A stretch of DNA of 30,276 nucleotides from a virus (taxonomy: Duplodnaviria > Caudoviricetes), in the IMG/VR virus record IMGVR_UViG_3300046778_000102, positions 1 through 30,276 of that record. One strand, given 5' to 3'. This document shows positions 23,899 to 30,276 of this stretch, piece by piece. The position numbers were made by a program, and so were the translations under genes. Each line of letters opens with the position of its first letter. The first letter of the stretch is position 1. The notes beneath the pieces are model-generated. The model made no database searches. It saw only the letters and a list, made by a program, of their open reading frames with translations, and had not been told where the DNA came from.

Positions 23899-25515
23899 AT
23901 GAAAACTCTACTTGAATCGTTAATCCGAAAAGATGAGGAACTTGGAACGATGCGTCGTCCATGGGAAGCTCAATGGCAGGAAATCAAGGACTTGGTATAC
24001 ACTTCTGCCGGAGACTTCAACAGGGTAACAACACCAGGAAATCGAACACAGGATTTGATACTCGATGGCACTGCTCCATGGGCCTTGGAACAACTGTCCG
24101 CAGGACTTCATTCTTTCTTGACCTCGCCTCAAGACCGATGGTTCAATCTTTGTATTCAAGGTGAAGAATACAGAAATGACCCTCAAGCTCTATTGTGGCT
24201 TGAAATGGTATCAGATATGATTTACAAGAATTATTCGAGTCCTAAATCGAATAATGACAATTCTCTTCACGAGACTTACATGAACCTTGGCGCATTCGGC
24301 ACAGCTGTTGAATACCAAGATATTGACATGAAGGAGAAACGTGCAATCTTTCGTTCAATTCAATTGCGTGATTGTCGTATTCTCGAGAACTCGAAGGGTG
24401 TGATTGACACACTCTTCCGTGATGTCATGATGACAACTCGTCAAATTCTTCAAGAGTTCCCAGATACAGACTCTAAGAAGATTAAAGAAGAGAAGAATCA
24501 AAATAAGGAATGGCTGGTTGTGCATGGAGTGTTTCCTCGAACTGATCGAGACACTACCATGATGAATGCAAAGAACAAACCGTTTGCTTCTTTCTGGTTT
24601 TGCAAAGCAGCAGACACAATTTTCAAGGAATCAGGTTATGATGAGTTTCCTTTCAGTTGTCCTCGTTGGGTGAAGCGTTCAGGTGAAGTGTATGGAAGAT
24701 CGCCGGGCATGACTTGTCTCCCTGACATTAAGATGGTCAATGCCATGGAGAAAGTGCAATTGAAGGCAATCCAGAAGATTGTTGACCCTCCTCTGCTAGT
24801 TCCTGATGACGGGTTCATGTTGCCAATTGCAACGAGTCCTTCGTCACTCATCTTTTTTGAAGCTGGTTTGCCTGGTGAACAGATGATTAAACCTTTGGAA
24901 ACCAAAGGCAGAGTCGAAGTAGGTGAGGACAAGCTCGAACAGAAACGAAGTCATATCCTTCGTTGTTTTTACGCTGATTGGGTTTCACGTATCAAGAAAA
25001 AGGAACGTCAGACTGCAACAGAGATTCAGGATGACCGTGAGGAAATGATGCAGATGATGTCTCCAATTCTGGGACGTCTGCAATCAGAATTACTAGGGCC
25101 GAGGTTAGCCAGAACCTACAACATTCTTTCACGTCTTAATCTTATTCCTCCAGCACCAAGGTCTTTGGAAGGACGTAAGCTCGTTATTGAATACATTTCT
25201 CCAGCAGCGAAAGCTCAGATGGCCAGGAAGAGTATCAACATGCGTCGTTATCTTGAGGAATTGATTCCTCTTGTTCAAGTTGACCCTACTATTCTGGATA
25301 CTATTGATACAGATGCTTATGCCAGAGAGATGGCAAGCCTCCAGGATGTTTCACGTCTTATCTTCAGAACTCCTGAAGAAGTTAGCGCGATACGTGAAAA
25401 ACGTAATCAAGCTCAAGAAGCTCAACAAATGGCAGCTACGGCTCAACCAGCTGCTTCTGCAATGAAGGATATTGCAACTGCACAAGAGAAGGGACTTAGC
25501 TTAGGAAGCTTATGA
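23899..25515 (+). CDS. Portal (head-tail connector, T7 gp8-like)
   Basis: R..WE.QWQE, DGTA, LGAFGTA, RW...SGEVYGRSP, DPPL.VPDDG, TATEI...EE....LGRLQSELL.P, IEYISP.AKAQ. Confidence 0.95.
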   Translation: MKTLLESLIRKDEELGTMRRPWEAQWQEIKDLVYTSAGDFNRVTTPGNRTQDLILDGTAPWALEQLSAGLHSFLTSPQDRWFNLCIQGEEYRNDPQALLWLEMVSDMIYKNYSSPKSNNDNSLHETYMNLGAFGTAVEYQDIDMKEKRAIFRSIQLRDCRILENSKGVIDTLFRDVMMTTRQILQEFPDTDSKKIKEEKNQNKEWLVVHGVFPRTDRDTTMMNAKNKPFASFWFCKAADTIFKESGYDEFPFSCPRWVKRSGEVYGRSPGMTCLPDIKMVNAMEKVQLKAIQKIVDPPLLVPDDGFMLPIATSPSSLIFFEAGLPGEQMIKPLETKGRVEVGEDKLEQKRSHILRCFYADWVSRIKKKERQTATEIQDDREEMMQMMSPILGRLQSELLGPRLARTYNILSRLNLIPPAPRSLEGRKLVIEYISPAAKAQMARKSINMRRYLEELIPLVQVDPTILDTIDTDAYAREMASLQDVSRLIFRTPEEVSAIREKRNQAQEAQQMAATAQPAASAMKDIATAQEKGLSLGSL

Positions 25516-25775
25516 GTCTATTAACAGAAAAACTGCATGAACGACTTGTCATGCAGGCAAAATTTCGAACCGTCTTTGATACCAAAGATGGTAAGGAAGT
25601 TCTATCTCATCTGATGAAGATGAGTGGAATCTTAAAACCCCAAATAACAGCTGACCCAAGTATGGCGTTAGTGCGCCAAGGTCAACAACACATAGTATTG
25701 TCGATACTGAGGGTTCTCGGCAAAGACCCAATGGAAATAACAGAACAAATAAAAGAAAGCATGAAATATGATTAA
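25512..25775 (+). CDS. Small post-portal protein (Bbp19-like)
   Basis: FRTVFDTKDGKEVLSHL...QGQQHIVLSI, between portal and scaffold. Confidence 0.75.
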   Translation: MSLLTEKLHERLVMQAKFRTVFDTKDGKEVLSHLMKMSGILKPQITADPSMALVRQGQQHIVLSILRVLGKDPMEITEQIKESMKYD

Positions 25776-26616
25776 ACTTCTATATACAGCACTTGGTGGA
25801 GAAGGCGGTGGAGCAGGAACTGGTGGTGGCGGTGCAGCTAATCAACCTCAAGATTGGCGTCTTGGTATTCCAGAAACAATTCGTGGAGAAGCGAATTTGA
25901 AAGATTTCAAGAATATAGGAGACTTGGCGCAATCTTATCTCTCTGCTCAACGTCTCATTGGTGTTGATAAGATTGCCAAACCTCTTCCGACTTGGAAGCC
26001 TGAGCAGTTGGATGAGTTCTATAACACAATTGGTCGCCCTTCAAAACCTGAAGAATACACCTTTAAAGCTGACAAGCTTCCTGAAGGTGTCCAGATTGAT
26101 GATGCAAAACTTGGAGAAGTCAAGAAACATCTTCACTCCCTAGGTCTCACAGACAAACAGGCATCAGGTGCATTGACTTATTATCTTGAGTCAATTGGAC
26201 GTTCAACAACTGAGTTAACTCAACAACAAGAAACAGCCAAGCAAACCGCACTCACAGAACTCAAAAACAGTTGGGGTGCTGAATTTGATGCAAAGCTCAA
26301 CATGGCCAAGGCCGTGGTTCAGAAGTTCGGTGGTGCGGAAAACGAAAGCATCAAACAACTCATCGAACAGAATGGTAACAATCCTGGATTCATCAAACTC
26401 TTTGCAGACATTGGTGCTGCAATGATGGAAGACCAAGCTACTGGTTCTGGTCGTGGTGACTTGTTCATTACGGACAAGACTCGTGCAGTCCAGGAGATCA
26501 ATTCTCTTAAGGGAGATAAAGACTTCCAGGCTGCATTAAATGACCGCAGTAATCCTGGTCATCAAGCAGCACTTGATCAATGGACTTTGCTTCATACAAA
26601 AGCATACTCTGAGTAA
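25768..26616 (+). CDS. Capsid scaffolding protein
   Basis: Gly-rich N-terminus; LAQSY..AQRLIG; FY..IGRP..PEEY; LK..WG..FD; NP..IK; directly upstream of the capsid gene. Confidence 0.85.
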   Translation: MIKLLYTALGGEGGGAGTGGGGAANQPQDWRLGIPETIRGEANLKDFKNIGDLAQSYLSAQRLIGVDKIAKPLPTWKPEQLDEFYNTIGRPSKPEEYTFKADKLPEGVQIDDAKLGEVKKHLHSLGLTDKQASGALTYYLESIGRSTTELTQQQETAKQTALTELKNSWGAEFDAKLNMAKAVVQKFGGAENESIKQLIEQNGNNPGFIKLFADIGAAMMEDQATGSGRGDLFITDKTRAVQEINSLKGDKDFQAALNDRSNPGHQAALDQWTLLHTKAYSE

Positions 26617-26685
26617 TTCAGCGTAAAAAGTTGAAAATATATCTTGACTTCAGACCATTGATATGTCAAAAGAAACTTTGTTCAT

Positions 26686-26793
26686 GGGACAACCTGAATG
26701 GCCCTGTGTGACACAGGATACACTCCTGTCTGCTGGCGGCAGCAACCGCAAGATTGAATCCGTAAGGACAACTTAATCGAACCAAGATAGTTC
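26686..26793 (+). ncRNA. Candidate structured cis-regulatory leader of the major capsid gene
   Basis: Several consecutive hairpins, two containing GGACAAC; one closes a GUAA (GNRA) tetraloop. Confidence 0.45.
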
Positions 26794-26809
26794 TTAAATT
26801 GAAACTTAT

Positions 26810-27700
26810 ATGAGTCAACAAATTGACAAAGCGTTAGTTCAAACCTACCGCTCAAACATCGAAGTTCAATTTCAGCAGAAGGGTTCTCGTCTCCGTGACA
26901 CAGTCCGAGTCGAATCCCAAGCAGCTGAATTTGACTTCTATGACCGCATCGGACCAGTCGAGGCACAGAAGGTTACTACTCGACATGGTGACACCCCGTT
27001 GAATGAGACTCCTCATGATCGTCGGCGAATCGCGTTGGAAGATTATGATTGGGCTGACCTCATTGACAAGAAGGATAAGCTCCGCATGATTGCTGACCCG
27101 ACGTCTGCTTACACGCAGAATGCGGTGATGGCAATGGGACGTGCAATTGATCGTGCGATCATTGCAGCTGCGACTGGAACTGCTTACACCGGCAAAACTG
27201 GTGCAACAGCAGTTACGTTTCCTTCTGCTTCTGAAATCGCGGTTAACTACCACGAAGTCACCCCGGCAAACTCCAATCTCACAATTGGAAAATTGCGTCG
27301 TGCGAAGTTCTTGCTTCGTTCCACAGAAGCCGTTGAACCCGGTGAAGAGTTGTATTGCATCTTGACTGAATCCCAGATTCAGTCTTTGTTGCGCACGACT
27401 GAAATCACTAGTGCTGATTACAACACCGTCAAGGCGTTGGTCAATGGCACTGTTGATACGTTCATGGGCTTCAAGTTCATCCAGACTGAATTGCTGACGA
27501 AAGTTGGTAATAACCGTGAAGTTCTTTTCTATCCCAAATCCGGCATTACGCTGGCTATGGGCATGGAGTTGAATGTTCAGGTTGACCCGTTGCCTGGGAA
27601 ACGTTATTCCACGCAGGTTTATGTCTGCGGTAACTTCGGCGCAAGCCGTATGTGGGAGGAAAAGGTTATTCGTTGTAAGTGTGACGAAACTGTCCTCTAA
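26810..27700 (+). CDS. Major capsid protein
   Basis: QQKGSRLR.TV, FYDRIG, RHGDTP....H.RR, DK.DKLR...DP.S.Y, MGRAIDR.II, SADYNTVKALV.G..DTFMGFKF, GASRM.EEKV. Confidence 0.93.
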   Translation: MSQQIDKALVQTYRSNIEVQFQQKGSRLRDTVRVESQAAEFDFYDRIGPVEAQKVTTRHGDTPLNETPHDRRRIALEDYDWADLIDKKDKLRMIADPTSAYTQNAVMAMGRAIDRAIIAAATGTAYTGKTGATAVTFPSASEIAVNYHEVTPANSNLTIGKLRRAKFLLRSTEAVEPGEELYCILTESQIQSLLRTTEITSADYNTVKALVNGTVDTFMGFKFIQTELLTKVGNNREVLFYPKSGITLAMGMELNVQVDPLPGKRYSTQVYVCGNFGASRMWEEKVIRCKCDETVL

Positions 27701-27728
27701 ACCAATTCAACCTTAACAAAGGAATAAT

Positions 27729-28235
27729 ATGATCAAACAAATGAATCGTCTGTTGCTCGCTGCAACAGCTATTGATGGATACGGAACGGAGTTGGCCCAA
27801 ATCCAACCTCCTGCGTATTCACCACTCAAACCTAACCAACGTGAAGGTCGTATCCGTGTTGCTGTATTTACCAAAGTGTTCACCACGGATGTTGCTGGAA
27901 CTGACATTGCATTGTGCGAGCTTCCTGCTGGTGCTCGTATTCTGAATGGTGAAGTTTGTGTGTCGGCAACCACTGGAACTGCTACCCTCTCGTTTGGTCT
28001 CATGGCTAAAGATGGAAGTGGTCTCATTGATAAGGCCAATACAGTTAGTGACAACACTGCTTCAGCTTTTGCTGCGGCTGCTATCACAACCACTGCGTTG
28101 ACACCTATCTTTACAACACAAGCGTTGCAGCGTTACTACGAGACTGAAAAGCCTCTGTTGTTGACGTGCACCACTGGAACTGCAGCGATGGCAGGACAGA
28201 CCCTCAAAGGCTGTATCTACTACGTTGTAGATTGA
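27729..28235 (+). CDS. Capsid decoration/cement-like protein
   Basis: Beta-rich GRIRV...I.LCELPAGARI...YVVD, directly after the capsid gene and before a hairpin. Confidence 0.65.
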   Translation: MIKQMNRLLLAATAIDGYGTELAQIQPPAYSPLKPNQREGRIRVAVFTKVFTTDVAGTDIALCELPAGARILNGEVCVSATTGTATLSFGLMAKDGSGLIDKANTVSDNTASAFAAAAITTTALTPIFTTQALQRYYETEKPLLLTCTTGTAAMAGQTLKGCIYYVVD

Positions 28236-28241
28236 CTCATT

Positions 28242-28271
28242 AGGAGACACCTGTTAATTCAGGTGTCTCCT
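28242..28271 (+). terminator. Terminator after the capsid genes
   Basis: AGGAGACACCTG-TTAATT-CAGGTGTCTCCT, 12-bp stem. Confidence 0.75.
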
Positions 28272-28292
28272 TCTAACTTAAACATAATTCTT

Positions 28293-28514
28293 ATGTTCAT
28301 TCGATTTGAAATTTATCCATCTTCCTCAATGGCAGAAGGTAACGATTTTCTGACTCCAGGCTCTGTTGACAATTTGAAGATTCCGAATGGGCCTTGTCAG
28401 ACTGTTGTTGACCTTACACCGGCAAAGCTAACAGCTTTGTTAACCTATATTCAAGCAAACAAAGAAGGTGTCAATACATCAGCGGTTGATGCTTCAATGA
28501 CAGCTTTGACGTAA
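28293..28514 (+). CDS. Small hypothetical virion-region protein
   Basis: Start re-set to ATG 28293 (MFIRFEIY), downstream of the hairpin. Confidence 0.65.
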   Translation: MFIRFEIYPSSSMAEGNDFLTPGSVDNLKIPNGPCQTVVDLTPAKLTALLTYIQANKEGVNTSAVDASMTALT

Positions 28515-28517
28515 CAA

Positions 28518-28547
28518 TTACTCCAGGAGGTTCTACTCCTGGAGTAA
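28518..28547 (+). terminator. Hairpin directly before tail tube A
   Basis: TTACTCCAGGAG-GTTCTA-CTCCTGGAGTAA, 12-bp stem ending 4 nt before ATG 28552. Confidence 0.65.
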
Positions 28548-28551
28548 ATTT

Positions 28552-29154
28552 ATGGCACAATCAATTATAGAAATTTGCAACTCTGCTCTCACCAAAATTG
28601 GTGCAGAGTCAATTCTGTCTTTAAATGATGGAACTAAAACTTCAGCGGCTTGTAAAGAGCGATATGAGCCTTGTAAGAAATATGTTCTTAGGAGACACCC
28701 ATGGAATTGTGCAATTAAAAGAGTTGTCTTGTCTCCATTATTAACTGCTCCAGAATTTGGTTTCTCTAGTAAATTCCAATTTCCTTCAGACCTTCTTCGT
28801 ATTCTATCAATTGATGGTGGGGATTCAGACTATCAAATTGAAGGACGAAACATTCTTAGTGATGAGAGTTCTCATGAATTAATATACATTTGGGATGTTA
28901 ATGATCCTAAGTTATTTGATTCAACTTTAGATGAAGCTATTGCAGCTTATCTTGCATGGGACATTAGTTACAAGATTACTCAATCTGCAAGTCTCAAAGA
29001 GACTTTGATGCGTGATTTCCGTGAAGCTCTTAAACGAGCAAAGACACCTGATGCTCAAGAATCTGCTCCAAGTGAATTGAGTGCAGACTATTATCTTGAG
29101 TCAAGACAGTCAGGTTCTTCAGCAACACCAAAAAGAAATTGGACAGGAGTATAA
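28552..29154 (+). CDS. Tail tubular protein A / adaptor (T7 gp11-like)
   Basis: ICNSAL.KIG...I.SL.D, LRRHPWNCA..R..L, P.D.LR, IEG..I, DA.E. Confidence 0.88.
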   Translation: MAQSIIEICNSALTKIGAESILSLNDGTKTSAACKERYEPCKKYVLRRHPWNCAIKRVVLSPLLTAPEFGFSSKFQFPSDLLRILSIDGGDSDYQIEGRNILSDESSHELIYIWDVNDPKLFDSTLDEAIAAYLAWDISYKITQSASLKETLMRDFREALKRAKTPDAQESAPSELSADYYLESRQSGSSATPKRNWTGV

Positions 29155-29155
29155 T

Positions 29156-29395
29156 ATGGAACATACTTTCTTGGATGCAATGAAACAGTTACCTTATTGC
29201 GCATTGATGATTGCTCTAGTAATTATCTTTTTGAAGCAAATGGGTGCAAGAGACAAAAGAAATGAAGAAATGTATGATAAACACATACAAGCATTTCATG
29301 AAGTTGTAAAAGAAAATTCTTCAGCAATGAAAGAAGCAGCTTCATCCAGAACAGAATTGATGGTAGTTGTTCGAGAACTCAAAGACAGATTGTGA
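29156..29395 (+). CDS. Single-TM plus coiled-coil protein, holin-like
   Basis: Start ATG 29156, 1 nt after the upstream TAA. TM LPYCALMIALVIIFL, then a charged coiled coil. Confidence 0.55.
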   Translation: MEHTFLDAMKQLPYCALMIALVIIFLKQMGARDKRNEEMYDKHIQAFHEVVKENSSAMKEAASSRTELMVVVRELKDRL

Positions 29396-29396
29396 T

Positions 29397-30276
29397 ATGC
29401 CTGAAGCCTATCCTATTCAAACAAACTTCACTGCTGGTGAAGTTTCTCCGTATATTCGTGGTAGAGTAGATATCACGAAATACTTCAACGGAGTTGAAAG
29501 ACTTCAAAATTTCATTGTCAAACCTCAAGGTGGAATTACCCGTAGATCAGGAACAAGATTTGTAGTTGAAACAAAAGACTCAAGTAAGCTCTCTATTCTT
29601 GTTCGATTCGAATTTTCTTCTACTCAAGCTTTTCAATTAGAATTTGGTGACGAGTATATACGTTTCGTAAAAGATGGTGCACAAGTTCTAGATACTGGAG
29701 TTCCAGTTGAAGTTACTTCTCCATATCTTGAAGCACATCTTCGTCAACTTTCATTTTCACAATCGGCGGATGTTATTTACATCTGTCATCCCTTGTATCA
29801 AACCAGAACACTATCAAGACTTTCAGATACTAATTGGGTTCTTGCTTTATTTGAGACTAAGGATGGGCCTTATCTCGATATTGATACACGTGACTTCACA
29901 ATGACATTAACAGGAATTGTGAACAGAGCCACGTTGAAGTCAACGGCTAATGATTTTAGTCCAAGTGACGTAAATAAGTATGTTGAGTATCCTTACAAGA
30001 CTCAACTTGTAATTGCTAAGATTATCACTTATGTTTCAGCAACAGAAGTAGTAATTGAACCTTATGAGAATGTAGTTGATGTGACAGGGTTAGATGGACA
30101 AGCTGTATTACAGTATCAGGCAGGAACTCCATCAAATACTTCACTTGATATTCTTTTTGATGGCACACTTAGCATCACTCCTGTAACTTACACTCTTAGT
30201 GCTGGAGAATTAACTAGGGCTGGTTCTGTGGTTATAATGAGCCACACAGGAATAAATTCATCACTTAAAGTTGGAG
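29397..30276 (+). CDS. Tail tubular protein B / nozzle (T7 gp12-like), 3'-truncated, absent from the ORF track
   Basis: ATG 29397: MPEAYPIQTNFTAGEVSPYIRGRVDITKYFNGVERLQNFIVKPQGGITRRSGTRFV; later LEFGDEYIRF and QSADV. Runs to the window edge. Confidence 0.88.
   Translation, partial: MPEAYPIQTNFTAGEVSPYIRGRVDITKYFNGVERLQNFIVKPQGGITRRSGTRFVVETKDSSKLSILVRFEFSSTQAFQLEFGDEYIRFVKDGAQVLDTGVPVEVTSPYLEAHLRQLSFSQSADVIYICHPLYQTRTLSRLSDTNWVLALFETKDGPYLDIDTRDFTMTLTGIVNRATLKSTANDFSPSDVNKYVEYPYKTQLVIAKIITYVSATEVVIEPYENVVDVTGLDGQAVLQYQAGTPSNTSLDILFDGTLSITPVTYTLSAGELTRAGSVVIMSHTGINSSLKVG

Noticed and set aside
4051-28250. Many 60-150-aa antisense or out-of-frame ORFs inside recognised genes (e.g. 5671-6036, 7063-7449, 16099-16563, 18824-19273, 20733-21173, 26852-27253)
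   Set aside because: Nested in or largely overlapping well-supported genes, with no motifs; expected shadow ORFs.
1-30276. tRNA genes, integrase/att site, phage RNA polymerase, introns or inteins
   Set aside because: None recognised by eye; polymerase, terminase and helicases are of normal length. tRNAscan-SE and HMM searches would be needed to exclude them.

Overview
About 30 kb of a dsDNA tailed phage, podovirus-like. The portal, tail tube A/B and capsid block resembles T7/BPP-1 types. No RNA polymerase, integrase, tRNA or CRISPR array is visible. From left to right: (1) the end of a + strand late operon (5'-truncated tail fibre/appendage, then a lipoprotein) closing on a hairpin at 2247-2277; (2) a long - strand replication operon (SNF2 helicase, UvrD-like helicase, AEP primase, SSB, PD-(D/E)XK nuclease, family A polymerase), coupled to a five-gene nucleotide cassette (dCMP deaminase, thymidylate-synthase-fold enzyme, dNMP kinase, MazG-like pyrophosphatase, HAD 5'-nucleotidase) and an ATP-dependent ligase; (3) small early genes (lipoprotein, Zn ribbon, 3D domain, pentapeptide repeat, two paralogous basic proteins); (4) a largely non-coding divergence region (~19.3-21.6 kb) with heptamer arrays, inverted repeats and promoters, the likely termini/origin; (5) the + strand packaging, head and tail module, truncated at the right edge. 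The strongest lead is the TS-fold enzyme: it has Asp at the position equivalent to ThyA Asn177, which points to dCMP rather than dUMP as substrate, and it sits directly upstream of a dCMP deaminase. That suggests cytosine modification or a 'modify dCMP first, deaminate second' pyrimidine route. A Verrucomicrobiota host is a tentative inference only. All calls come from motif reading by eye; no searches were run.
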